Assembly (NCBI RefSeq): GCF_000143415.4
Contig: NW_003314295.1
Coordinates: forward strand, 631,764-695,763
Direction: 5' to 3'
DNA from: Selaginella moellendorffii
Lineage: Eukaryota; Plantae; Lycopodiophyta
DNA: 64,000 nt
The translations under genes were made by a program, and so were the position numbers. Below are positions 22,757 through 36,399 of this stretch, piece after piece; positions within the stretch are counted from its first letter, which is position 1; each line of letters starts with the position of its first letter. The notes under the pieces are model-generated. The model made no database searches. It saw only the letters and a program-made list of their open reading frames with translations, and was not told where the DNA came from.

Positions 22757-23938
22757 AATTCGTCGACAGAGGCTTCGTTTCTTGGACTTCACTACCTCGG
22801 TGACAAAGTTAAGAGGTAAGTGCTTCGCATTTGAGGAAGGTCGTGCGTTTCCAGATGCTAACAAGCGTTTTTCTTTCACGTTGGCTAGCAGGTCTCGCAA
22901 AAGTCTGGAAACGACTGTTCTTAATTTCATCTCAGGCTTTCAATGGAAGGTGGTAAGGAAGCTGCTTGTGTTGGTAGATCATGCGTTTTCAAATGACGTT
23001 TTCTACAGTGATCACGCTGCAAGACCGAGTCGCGACTTGACGATATGAGAACCCGAGTAATTGGACATATTGTGACGCTTTCCTCCTCTTAAAGGAATCA
23101 TGGGACGATATCGAGGGCCTTGACGGCCGGATCTCGCGTTAATGCGCGCCCGGGAAAGAAACATGCCTTGTGCCAACTTGTTCCCACGCCATGTAAGTAA
23201 TTTCCTGAAGTTTCCAAATGATCACGAGACAGACAGTCAATAGGACAAGAAGACAAACAAAACAAGCAAGCGAACGAGCGTGTCCGGGACTAAACAACAC
23301 CCGAAGCGTCCGCTTGTCCGCTCTGGACGCTTGGAAATTAAAACACCCAAAACACACCAAAGCGTAAGTAGCTCTCTAAGTTGCTCGTAAGTTGTGAGTG
23401 ATCTGGATCTGGATTTGCTGCCCGACAAGGCGATGTGCTTAAGACAAATCCAGCCTTGGATAGATTCCCAAAACAGTCACGATGAACAAAGCGAAGAAGA
23501 GAGAAGGAAGAAGAAAGAAAGAAAAAAGAAAAAGCTGGCGAGGTCTCCATCGCAGCACTGCGCCTTTGGCATTAAAGTCCAGCGCAAGCTTTCGGCTTGA
23601 CCTTTGAGAACACAGCGTTCGTACGGGGACTGACCCCGCGCTCGATCCACCGTCCGTACGTGTCCTTAAGAATATAAACTGTCTCCACCACCATCATGGT
23701 CGTCTCGGTTGTGTAGAGGAATCCAGTCCAGCTAAACTTCACCTCCAATTCTTCGCAGTTCTAGAAGAGAAAAATAAGATTTTTCACATACAAATCTATG
23801 CAGTCAGCCAGCAGCAGGCAAAGATTTGGAGTTTTTTATCCGTGTAAGAGCAAGAGTCAGACATGAGGATTGTCACAATCAGGCATGCAAACCCACAAAG
23901 AAAAAGAGTAAACAGAGACCCAGCTTTCACTTGTTTTT

Positions 23939-24039
23939 NNNNNNNNNNNNNNNNNNNNNNNNNNNNNNNNNNNNNNNNNNNNNNNNNNNNNNNNNNNNNN
24001 NNNNNNNNNNNNNNNNNNNNNNNNNNNNNNNNNNNNNNN
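23939..24039. other. Assembly gap (N run)
   Basis: Run of N. Confidence 0.95.
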
Positions 24040-25546
24040 CGGTGCGATGCCTCTGTTTTGTTTCGTGTGTGGTTTTGTGTGTATATAAAAAAACTTGAGT
24101 TGTGTGTGTGTGTGTGTGTGTGCGTCTTGTTTTGTTTTGCTGGGGTTCTTCTTTAAGGTCACACAAGAGAAGAGCTATCATGCCAAGCAAGCAAACCTCC
24201 AATTTGGAAGATCGAAACGAAGAGAGATCACACCCAGAGTCACCATCCGGGCTTCTGTGAAAGCCTGCTTTGTTTCGCCTTGGCTCTCTGGAAAAGGAGA
24301 GAGGGGTAAAGAACAAAAGTTAGAAAAGTCCTCCAGGGAGATTGCTGGTTTACTGTTTGTACCCTTTCCATAGCTGGAAGGCAATGGAGGGAAGGCTATG
24401 GAGGGAAGGTGGGCTTTCCAAAAACAAAACATATGTGTGTGGAAAAAAAGGTGGTGGGCTTCAATCTATGTGTTTAGTCTGAGAGGGGGAGGGAGGGGAG
24501 GGACACTTTCAACAGCCTCCCCTCCCCTGCTACTGCACCCAAGCATGCATTTTGCAATTACAAACAACTTTGCAACAGAGGCAAGAAGCGGGAAACAGGA
24601 GTACATTCAGTCAAGTACAATCAATGGATTTTTGCAAATCCCCTGCCCTGTACCATGTTGTAATGTCAAGAATGCCATGCCATGCCCTCCCCCTCTGTCA
24701 CAAGGGTGGCACACACACACATACACAAAGACACCTGTCTGCACCCTAGGCAGACTTTTTGTAGCCGATTTCAAAACACAGGTTCAACATGTTCAATTGG
24801 AGGGAAGGAAAGGTGGTACAGAAAAGCAGTCCTCCCATTGCTTAGTTGACAAGCTTTGGCTTAAAATGATAGAAATCTTCTGAGCGAGAGCTGTAGCAAG
24901 AGCAGGAGCAAGTGCACTTTGTAGCAGCCGGCCTTGATTCTTGAGAAAACACCTCGGCCTCGTTCGTCTCAACCCCAAATCCCACACAAAAAACTGTTAA
25001 TTCTCGGGAAAACGACCGACTCGCCTGCTCCGGCTCCGCGGTTTCAACCAAGAAGCACTCATGCTCCTCTCAAATACTTAGCCCATGCCATTCATTTCTC
25101 CATTTCATCATGGCCTATTGCCCAGAATAATCTATTATACAGCATCAATCACAGGAAAACTTGTCTACAAGTTCGTTGATAACAAGTAAAGCGCCACCTT
25201 AAAGAAAGACAAAGAAATATTGACTCCGAGCTTGTTAATGAGAAGCGATTAACTAGTAGATTAATAAAGATTAACTCTCATTTTTCTCATTTTTCTTCTT
25301 TTCTTTTTCTTTTTTGAAGCATTCGTTCGTTCCCATTAGAAAAATATTTAAGAGTTAGTCTGGCCTGCCAAGCCTCTACCAATCACCAGACCAGATCTAT
25401 TCAAAGCCCAAAGCAATCCAAAGCACACCCTCCCTGCCGCACTGAACTGCAACAAAGAGCACAGCCTGCTGCTTCCTCCTGTTGACTGTCCCAAGAGATG
25501 AAAGCCTCCTTTCCTCTCACTCTCACTCTCTTTCTCACTCTCTCTC

Positions 25547-25646
25547 NNNNNNNNNNNNNNNNNNNNNNNNNNNNNNNNNNNNNNNNNNNNNNNNNNNNNN
25601 NNNNNNNNNNNNNNNNNNNNNNNNNNNNNNNNNNNNNNNNNNNNNN
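25547..25646. other. Assembly gap (100 N) next to a CT microsatellite
   Basis: Run of N. Confidence 0.95.
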
Positions 25647-25917
25647 AAAAAGTAGAAAAAAAAAAACCAACTTTCTTTTTTACTACTTACTTGTTTCGCC
25701 GGATCGAATGCGCAATCAAAGCTCTTGTTGTCTCTTGCTTTGCTGCTGTTTCTTCTCTGATCTCCCTGCTCTGACCCCCCAGGAGTTTCTTCTATAAATC
25801 GTGCCACAGATAAGGCCCACCCGCCGGAGGAGGAGCAGCTCGGTTGGAGTGGAGACAAAAACCCGGCATCAATGCGCAACCTGCAGCTCTAAAAACTAGT
25901 AGCGTAGTGCTCCTTAA

Positions 25918-27496
25918 TTATCCGCCCCCCGTCTGATCGGCCGTGGTCCAGGAAAACCACTGCTGGAATTTGCTGCTGCTGCTTGCTAGACCAACTGGCC
26001 GATCCAAACTGCTGTTGGACTGGATGGAGCTCCGCCTGGACCCGCTGCCAGTACTAATAGTAATACCTCTCCTCTTGCTTCCGCTTTTAGAAGAGATCCC
26101 ACACCGAATGATCACCGCTGTTCGCCATTGACGACGATAGCTTCTTCCGCACCGACTGGCTCTCCACTTCAATTCTCCTCTTTTTGAGATTCACTTGGCT
26201 CCCGCACCAATCCATGCTGCTGCTGCCGCCGCCGCCGCCCGCCTGGTAGAGGTCGATCACCGTCATCGGACTAGGTGGCGACTTGGAGCTTCCAAAGGTC
26301 TGGCCGAGTGACACCCCGGGGCACACTGGATCGATGATGAGGTCCTCGATCAGCCTGTAGCACTGGTGTAGAGTTGCCTATCAACCAGCAAGCGGGGTCA
26401 GGTTTTCCAGCCTCGTAAAAAGACAAGCTTTAGCTTTTGTACCACCAACCTGGTCCGTTGGGAGCGCCATGAGCAGCACGCGTTGATACGTCGCGGCCTT
26501 GAGGGGTACAATCTCATCCAGCGCGCAGCTAAATGCCGCAAGAGCGATCGCCGATGGCCGGAACACCAAGAACTCGGGCTCTGAGAGAGCAAAGACACGG
26601 TCATACAACACAAACGTTACGCTCAAACGTCGAAACAAAAAAGGAGAGGCGCACTCTCACCTGAGAGGGTCCCCAGAATGAGCTCAGTAATTCGTGCCAG
26701 AATCGATGCCTTGAGATGCTTGGAGATATCGAGCCTGTAGAGCAGATCATCCACGTATTCGAACGCTGTCACACCACACATGCGCCAGTCCAGCGTTTTC
26801 AGCACCACCAGCTCCATTCTTTGGATTGTTTTCGCCTCGAAGACGTGCTCCAGCCCCTCGACCTGGAAGGGGAACCTTAGATCCAAAAGAGGAGAAACGC
26901 GAAGAAAACACTTTACTTGCAAATCTGGCAGACAAGGCACGACGATCTCTTCCATCTTCGCGGCAAGAGAAATGCAGGCAATGGAGAGAAGTTGTATCGC
27001 CCAAGCCTTGAGCGACTGGAAAGAAGGAAGGAGAGAAGCGATCAACAGATGGAGCAAGAAAGGATTTTTTTTGCGATTCTACCTTTGGAAGATGCCTGGA
27101 TAGATACCGATCTAAGTAGCTCGAGGCCAGGGCGGCCGTCATGGGGCTGAAAGCATAGACATTGCGAACCTGGAGCTTTCTGGAATGAGGAGAAGAAAAA
27201 AAGGTGGATTTGAATCCACATTGCTTTACCTTGAGCATCCAATTCACGGCCACGGCCCTAGCGTGCAGCACAGACGCATCGCGCTGCAGCGCAAGAAGAT
27301 ATCCATCGCCGAGCGTTTGGCTCCTTTCTCTCGAAACAACGCTCTGGAGAGCCGCATCGTCTCTTGGGGGGAAATCTGTGAGGGCCGCAAGATCGGCATT
27401 GTCGGGGCTTTCGTCCAAAACCTCGGCAGAGTCGCCGCTCCAGGGGCTGCCGATCATCTCCTCGGTGCAAAACAGGCCTCCGTCCTGACACTCCAT
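25918..27496 (-). CDS. CYCD: D-type cyclin, multi-exon
   Basis: N-terminal RBR-binding LxCxE (LFCTE). Cyclin box: ARAVAVNWMLKV, TAALASSYLDRYLS, WAIQLLSIACISLAAKMEE, FEAKTIQRMELVVLKTLDWRM, FRPSAIA. Confidence 0.95.
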
Positions 27497-30244
27497 GGCA
27501 CTTTGCCGAGCGAGTAAAAAAGAGAGAAAAGCGACGATCCGGAGATTTCAGCTCATCGGAGGAAAAGAGAGAAGCATTCCAGAGGAAGAGCGCATGGAGA
27601 ATGGAGCTTTCTCTCTCGCGACCTAGCAAGAAAGTACACAGCACCGTAGCACAGCAAGAATGCGATGGAAAAGAAGGATGAATTAGGGGCGAGAAGGAGG
27701 AAATCAGGGTCTTCTTCTCGCCCCACAAGAAGAACAAGGAAATATACCTAAAATGCCAACACACATACACATTCCAAAACCCTGGATTCAAGGCGATTGA
27801 AAAGGCGGCCTCAAATCCGCAATCTCTTACCATTTGGGGATAGACGGCCGGATTGCTTGCCACCTCATTAACGGTGACGGGCTTGAAGTCTACATCCCCA
27901 CCATGATTTTGTCATGATGCTGTGTAGAAGTATACAAGATAAGACAACAAATACTTTTCACGACGGCAAATATTTTCAGTTTTGATATTCACAAGCCCGC
28001 CCGCCCACCGCGTCCAAAAAATTGCCGCGAAGTAACGACCATGGTAAAAATCTCTCCGGCATTTGCCCTAGAATACTGGGAGATTCGAACCTGAAACCGG
28101 GTAAAAGCCAAGGGAGTAAATTCGAGCTGTACGCTTGTAAGTATTTACAGGTATATAGGTCCTGTGGTAATGTGTCGGTGACTTTGGAATATGCGCGAGG
28201 GATTTTTCATGGTTTGTCACTTTCAATTTTCCCTGCAAAAGTGAGAGAAGGAAAAAAAACTAACTGCTTGATACGATTGATGGCTGGCCTGGTTAATTCT
28301 AACATTTGTTTTTTAGGGGATCTCATCGTTCGCTCTCGTCCTCGTTATTAAGGTTGTTTCAATGCACGAAAGAGTTCCATTTCAATGCGGTGGTTAACCG
28401 CTGAGAGAGGGGTAAATCATGGCTGCTTTTGGAGGATTAAAGATTAATCACGCAGCGTTTCAGTTTTGGTTTAGCCCCTAACCGCATTGAAGGGTCCGTA
28501 ACCCTGGAGTTAATCCAGCATTTTGACCAGCATTTAAGATTCACCCCACGGGGTGATTATCGAATTTCACCAGCCACGCCACGCCACCCACAGTAAAAAG
28601 ACCAGAGTGTTTGAACCGCGCGCCCCGCGGGAGCAAGTGTGGCGCGCGATTGCTTTCGGCGCGCAGTTTCGAGTACACAAGGGCGAGAACCGTGCGGCGC
28701 TTGATAGCGCTGTGTACAGGGTGTGCGTGTGTGCTTGTGGCGGCATTTTTTTTGAACCGTTGCTGTTGTCCATCGCGTGCAACATGTGAGCCCTAAGAGA
28801 GACTTCGTCTTCGTCGTCTCGTCGCGTTCATAATCTTCCAATCTCGCAAAAGGAAAAGAAGCATTGTCACCTTCAAGGGAAAAAAACAAATGCTGTCGGC
28901 CAAAGTTGCGCACCCCGACCTAGAAGTTTAGGGTTTTACCGATTACGTGTGGCTCTCAAAGTCAATGTTGTATATGGACAAGAGAGATAAATATTAGCAA
29001 AATTATTTCTCTAATTTAGTTTCTTTGCTATCTCTAGTTGCCCAGGAAAGCTTTAGATCTCCTACTCTAGTTTTCCTTTGGTAAGAAGCATTTTCCTTAT
29101 TGCTTATGGCTAATGCTATAGCCACTGGGTATGATGTGTTAAACCGATGTTACATGAAAAAGTCCATATAAGACACACGGCATCACTTTATTGGTTCTGA
29201 TATTTGAAAATGCATATTTTTGCATATGAAGTTGAATATTCTCATAGATTCTTAAAAAGAACTTGGAAGGATATTCCTTAGAATCTAATGGGTATTTATG
29301 GGTCATTATATGGGGACTATAGCTATGTTCATCGATAACCATTCATCCATCCCAGCATACCCATTTTTTATATTTGAAATTCTACAACCACAAACTTAAA
29401 ATTTCTCAAATTCATTGATGTGCTTATTATATTATATTCCCTCCATAATTCAGCCTCTTCTAATTCCAATCAATAAAAACGTTTTTGCATTGTTCAAACT
29501 CAGTAAAGGCTGAAGAGCTTATAGAGAGAGAGTGATTTCAGCTGTTAATAGTACGTTATTAGATGCTCATTGTAGAGTAATGTATAAAATTCCATGGAAT
29601 TCCATTCAATATAATTATTTATATATTATTATATAATATACAATATAATATAATTATTTGGGATTTCAAAATGCTTGGAACTTAGTTACTTCTGTTTTTT
29701 TACAAGAATGGGCCAAAATTTCTTGCTATTTATTGTATATAACAAAAGGACAAAATTTATCAAGATTAGAAGATAGTTGTACCATTGATAAGTTACATAA
29801 TCTTTAACACAATATCACTAATGTGACTACAAATATCAAAAGTTATATGTTAGTGAATCCTTTTGGATAGTTTTCTTTTATTACCATGATGACAAGAGAA
29901 TAGACCTTTATTAATTCCTTTTGTTCAAGTGTTAGTAAACTAAACTTAATATCTATACTTGGCTAGATGAGCACAAAAAAAGAATTCCTAAATATTTATT
30001 TAACCAAGTATACTTGGCTTAATTTGTTATTATTACTTTTTTTGCTTTATTTTGCATATAACTCCAATCCTTCAATATTGCTTCAATGTCCGTTATAATA
30101 CCTTTGCTATCATGCCCTATATGTTGATCATATTTGGTCTCATTGGCTTAATTTTCCCATTTTACTCCTCTTCTTGATTTATTTTGAATAATCTAGTGCT
30201 ATTCTATATTTAGTAAGTTTCTAGACTAACTCTTAGTACTAAAG

Positions 30245-33200
30245 ATGGTTAAAGGTGAAAGCTTAAAGCATGCATTCCTCAACAAGGGGGGCGGGGGGGG
30301 GGGGGGGGGGGGGTTTGGAAAGGGGTTTTAAATGTATAATAGTGGGTAAGTTAAATATGGCTAATTAACTTAAAGCATAATTGAGCTCTCGCTTGTATGC
30401 TTGTCCTTAATCTGCACCCAACTTGGGTCTATGCTCAAGTCCCACACCATATTAGTTGGTGGAGTACCTATATCCTCACATTAGGCCACAATAATATTAA
30501 ATTCCATTTGGCTTTGTTTTACATGCTAAGATGCTGGATGCTTTAAGAATGTTCTAAGTCACTCTGTACTCATGTTCTTTCATTCTTTGTTTAGTGGCCC
30601 AAGGCCCTGAAACTTGGGTTCCACTCTATTGTCCTTAAGACATATGGCATATGATATGTGACTTATAAAAGGTCTAAGTTCTGCTTTGTGATTATCCTAT
30701 GATAAATCACTATAGGATAAAAGGGTAAAACCATATGTGTTACAAATGTTATGAGGGAAGATGGTAGTAGTGAAATTGAAGGGTTGATGAATTGATTAAT
30801 GCAAACTATGAGGAAGAAGAGGTGAGTTATTTTCTTTAAACTTTTCTCGTAGTCAATACAAGCACTAAGCTATTGATGTATCTTATAGGTTTTATTACAG
30901 ACACCAAATCTAAGTGATAATCAATACCATAGCTATGTATAGTATAATATCCAAAAACTTAATTAAGTTGTTAGGATTGAAAGATAAGCATAACCTAGCT
31001 TTCAAAGAGGATAAAGTTGACCTCTTTACTTGTGAAACTACAAACTAAAAAGAAATAAATAAAGAAAAACTAAAGAATATAGAGAAAAATCAAACCTTCA
31101 GAAAAATTTGTTTATGTTGACAAATCCTTAGTGGGTGACGACTAAAAAATATCCATAGCACAATCAAAATTTGACATATCTATGTGATTGATTAAACAGA
31201 ATTACCTCTTGTTAAGTAAAAAGAGCCAAAAATAAACTAGAGATATCCAAATGGAAAAAAATATTGAATTTAGTGGTGTTAAAGATACTAAACTTTCACA
31301 TAGTGTTTGGTATGCATTTCATTAACAAGTATTCAAAAGGATATATAGTGTTAAATAACATTGAGGTAATAAAGTTGCCCTAATATATTTTTTTAGTTGC
31401 TAAAGCACTTCTCAAAGGATTGGGATGCTAAGTTCTTAATTGTGAGAGTAACTCAAAAAGTAGCTAAGAAGGGATGTCAAACTTTTTTGGGTTCAAGTGA
31501 TAGAAGCTGAATGATGGTGATTAAATTTGAATCAATGATAAAGTTGATCCTATACCAAGGGAAATTGTTAGTAAAAAATTAAGATATCTTCCCGAAAGAT
31601 TTATCACCAAAGTTACCACTTAGTTATGAGGTTGATCATCAAATTAAGATTATTTTGGGTTCAAAACCATCTATGAAGGCTCCATATTAATTAAACATAA
31701 AAAAATGTCTAAATTCAAGAAGAAATTTATGAAGTTTCTTGACAAAGGTCATATATGACAAAGTAAGGTGCATTATAGAGCATTAGTTCTTTTTGTTATG
31801 AAAAAAGATAGTACCATGAAGATATATATCAATTATTAGACTCTCAACAAGATCATAGTCAAAAATAGTTATCCATACCCCATATTGAAAAATACTTAAC
31901 TTTTAAAAGTTGATCAAACAAATAAATGCGACTTGATTTGTAGCTTGATATGGATGGCAAATCAAGATGTGCAAAAAACAACCTTTAAGACTTGTTGTGG
32001 ATCTTATGAGTCCATGGTTATACCATTTAGGCTATGTAATACCTTGGTTATATTCAATACAATGATGGATAAAATATTTAAATATTATTTAGACACATTT
32101 ATTATCCTATATATTGATGATGTTTTAGTCTTTAGTGAAATATTGGAGGACTATTTGAAACACTTGGAGATAGTGTTTTAGAAAGTAAAAGAACATATCT
32201 AAAGAAAGTAAAATAACAGTGAAATCCTAGAAAGTCCTGACAATTATTTGTTTCTTTCTTAGTTTGGCAAGATACTATTGCAAGTTTATTTGTAAATTTG
32301 CAATTGTTACTTTTCTATTGATTGAGTTTTTGAAGGGTAGTATACCATTTTATTGGATACTAGTATTAATATATTTTTGTATGATTGAGGGAGATTTTGA
32401 CTATAGTTCTTATTTTGAAGATTCCAGATCTTGATAAACCCTTTAAAGTGCATTGTGACATATCTGTTATGCTATAGGTGTTATGTTGCAACAAGATTGC
32501 AACAATGTGATTGATGTTATGCTAAGGCAACATGGTTGTTCTATTGCATTTTATTCCAAGAAATTAGATGAGACTCAATGAAAAATGGCTTACGTATGAA
32601 AAAGATATATTCATTATAATTTTGGCATTAGAACATTGAAGACACTATTTAGGTGGACATATAAAGGTTTATATAGATAATAACACATTGAGTTACTTTG
32701 CAATATAACCAAAGTTTATGTTAAAGCAAGTTTGTTGGCAAGAGAAGTTTATTAAGTTTGATATCAAAATTATATATAAACCTAGTAAAGACAATATTGT
32801 TTTAGATATGTTAAGACATCAAACTCATTACTAAGCAATGTCTGTTCAAACTAGTTAGAGGATTTTTAGGTTTTATATAGAAATGATCCATTTGCAAATG
32901 CAATATTGCACTATGTGAAGTTGGTGAAGCAAAACCTTAGTAATAAAGTAATAAAAGCTGCTAGTCATGCCAATATGAAACTTCACTTCTTTGTTAAAGA
33001 CAAACTTATATACTATAAGCAAGAAAGATTGTATCTTTCATCCAATAATCTACCATAGTTATATCTATAGGAACATCATGATGTTCTAATAGTGGAATAT
33101 AATGGCAAATAAAAGACTTTTACCTTATTGAAAAAAGGATTTTTTTGATTTGGTATAGAAGATGATTTAGTGGATTATATCCATTCTTACCTTACTTGCT

Positions 33201-33640
33201 AGAGATATAACTAAAGAATTAAGAAGTAGGTTGGGAAGTTATATGGATTTTAGCACTAATATGGCCCTTTTTTAAATAATATTTCTAAATTATTACAAAT
33301 TTTAGTACCACTAATTAATAGTAGGGATAGTGGGTAGGTCGGGCATGGCTAACTAACTTGAGGCTAGCTCCTCGCTTGTTTGCCTATCCTTGTTTTATAT
33401 CCAACTTAAGTCTAATCCCAAACTTTATACTATGCTATCTAGTGGAGTACCCATATCCTTGCATTAGGCCATTAGTATGCTGAAATAGTGTCAAACTCAA
33501 TTTAGCTCTATTTTACATGTTGGTTCTAGCATTTGAATATTGAATGTTCTAGAACTATTTTAATATTACTCTATACCCATGTTCTTTCATTCCTTAGACT
33601 GTATGCTTAAAAGTCATTCCTTCTACTCCTTTGTGTGTGC
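30245..33640 (+). mobile_element. Highly decayed chromovirus-type Ty3/Gypsy element (LTR remnant to 30744, pol remnants, partial 3' LTR ~33330-33640)
   Basis: RT remnant (KTTFKTCCGSYESMVIPFRLCN, YIDDVLVFS), RNase H and integrase-HHCC traces, with many stops. Block 30340-30600 recurs diverged at 33330-33600. A poly-G LTR motif is shared with the 43278 element. Boundaries are approximate. Confidence 0.75.
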
Positions 33641-33651
33641 TCAAGAGTTAA

Positions 33652-36380
33652 TGTGAGACACAAATCCCAAAGCCCCAAAAGTGGAGCAGAAAGGGTGCCA
33701 CATGGTAGTGGCTGGAGTGGAAGCCAAACAAGAGTAACACATTTGGATTAAAAGTTTTGACTTAGACAATTGAGAGTGGGAGTGCAACTCCCAATGAAGT
33801 GCTTGAGAACGAGCACGAAGCAAGCAGTAAATGAATTTCTAAAAAAGGGACACAAAAGGACCAACATATGACATGTAGAGGAGTCTAAAATGGACTTGAG
33901 ATGGAGTCCGAGATGGAGTCCAAGATGGACTCGAAATGGAGTCCAAGATGGAGTTCGAGATGGACCCGAGATGGATTCTAAGATGAACCTGAGATGGACC
34001 CAAGATGGAGTCCGAGATGGAGTTCGAGATGGACCCGAGATGGAGTCTGAGATGGAGTATGAGATGGAGTCCAAGATGGACCCAAGATGGACTCGAGATA
34101 GAGTCCAAGATGGAGTTTGAGATGGAACCAAGATCGGGACCGAGACCGAGATTAAGATCGAGACTGAGACCAAGTCTGAGTTCAAGTCTAAGTCTAAGAC
34201 TGAGTCTAAGTTTGAGTCTAAGTTCGAATACTAATACAGGTTATTGGGTGAAAGCCCAAAGCGATCATCCTCTAGGAGGGGGGGGGGGGGGCTGTAGGGG
34301 GTTCCAAAAGTATAGTAAGGAGAGTATGGGGTTTGGACCCTAATGGAGATAGTTTGGCCAAAAAAGGTCAGTTTGACCCAAGAAGGCTATACTTAGCTGT
34401 TGGGTGATAAGATAACCACTAAGAAGTCCAAGGTTAGAGTGAATATGGACTGAAAAAAAGGGTAGCTTGGTTAGGTGTTCAAAAGCCAGCTTTAGTTCCC
34501 GTAAGAAATCAAATGGTCAATACTCCCAATCCAAGCATGGATGGCATTACCTACTTGGATATCTGCCATGGCTCAATAGAACCTCAATCTAAACCCATGG
34601 CTAGGGCACTCAAACGTAAAAGGTGGGGAGAGTACCCATGAGGTTTGCATAGGGCTACGGTGTTCCAAAATGTTGTCCCAAAGCCCCGAATGGTGGAAAA
34701 GAAGAGGAGTAGTCCTTTGGTGTAGTGACTAAAGATGCGGTCACATGGTGAAGAAGTCTTAGAGAACAAAGGGGCTTAGTGGTCAGGCCTGTGGGCCTTG
34801 ATTCAGTGGTAGTGTTGGCGAATACAGCCATGGACAAAAAAGGACTTGGTGGGGACCGAAAAAGGGATATTGGGGAAGGCTTCTAAGGATGCTAAGGAGT
34901 GGATCTGGGATGACCATTCATGGATAGATGGTTTAGTTTTTGAGAGATAAGACTATAATGTAGGTGGTGTTGGATCACCGGTGTGACAAAGGTGAATGGG
35001 CATGGCCTTAACGTAATAGGCTGATATGTTGGTGGTGTTTTTGGGTGTTGATTATGGGATCAGACACATGAAACATTTGGACCAAGTGCGAAAGTTTGAG
35101 TGGCATAGATGCCATTCTTAGGGCTAACAAGCTCAAGTCCTGAATTAGTCTTATGGAGGTTGTGAATGAGACTCCTCCAAGTGGTCGGAGGTGTGATTAA
35201 ATGATTAAAATAGAATGGAAAAATTAGTTGTTTACAGTTGGGTTCTATTCTATTATCCTTAACCCACATATCTAAGAGTGTTTTACTCTATGGTTATCAT
35301 AAGATAAATCATTATAGGGTAAAGGGTGAAAACCACATGTGTTACATTTGGTATTAAAGAATTAGTCTTAGCGAGTCCTATCTAATGAGATTAGACAATT
35401 AATTTCATTGCATATATAGAGATGAAAATGATTTTTGTGTTTGCTATAAATGGCAAATAAGCTAATCTATAGTTGTTTAGCATGACACTAGTGGATCCTT
35501 CCCAAACATGATGATGAGTGGATCAATTAAGACTATGGGGATTAGTCTATTAGTTTAAGTAGTCATTGTTATACTCTTTAATACACTTTTCTTGGATGAA
35601 TGAGCATAGCTTTAAGGTGTCAATCATGGGATCAGACATGTGAAGCACTTGGACCAAATGCAAAGGTTGAGTGGCATGGATGCCATTCTCTGGGTTAGCA
35701 AGTCCCTAAGTCCGGAATAGGATTTATGGAAGTTGTGAGTGGGATTCTTCCAAGTGGTCGGAGATGTGATTAAGTGACTAAAGTAGAATGGAAAATTTAA
35801 TCACTTATAGTGAAATTTATCCCACAAGCAATTCCCAAGTACAAATCAAAGCCTCCACCAATCTTTAAGGGAGTAAATACTACAAAGTAGTGGATGACTA
35901 GTTTTATGATATAAAGGATTACTTTTGAACATTGGAGTTAACAAATTTGAAAAAGATCCCATATGTAAAACCATAGTTAACAAATAATATTAAATCTTAG
36001 TCGAGAACAATAGAAGCCAATGAAGGTCTAGTGGCTACTTAGAAAATGATGTAAGGGAAGATTAAAGAAACTTATAAACCACTAAATGTTACTATACATC
36101 TAAGAGATGAGTTAAGCAAGCTATAATAAATAGGAACCATTTAAGAGTATATGAATGTGTTCACAGACAAGAGGATCCTTGTTATGGATATAAATGCATT
36201 TCATGCCTTTATCTTAGGACTATAGACTAGGTTTAAGGCGAGGTGATGTGTTAGAATTTAATAAACTAGAAGAAAGCATTGAATATGGCTATCAATATGC
36301 ATTCCAATGATAATATATAAAAAGGGAACACCACTATGTCTAGATTCACATTTAGTAAGGGATTAAACCAAGAGGAGGGG
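33652..36380 (+). mobile_element. Decayed relative of the young chromovirus: ~1.7-kb LTR (33652-35345), degenerate iMet PBS, gag remnant
   Basis: LTR TGTGAG...GTTACA followed by TTTGGTATTAAAG. It shares the gggtgaaagcccaaagcg-polyG-ggggttccaaaagtatagta motif with the 43278 LTR. Bases 35830-36350 align by eye to gag 44850-45390. Confidence 0.75.
33885..34225. repeat. 12-bp tandem array (GATGGAGTCCGA-like) inside an LTR
   Basis: More than 20 degenerate units. This array explains the low-complexity ORFs in the track. Confidence 0.9.
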
Positions 36381-36399
36381 CGGTGTCTTGGAGTAAAAT

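Noticed and set aside
33748-34343. Repetitive ORFs and CRISPR-like periodicity (also 43329-43643 and 49711-50025)
   Set aside because: These are degenerate tandem repeats inside LTRs with no unique spacers, in a eukaryotic context.
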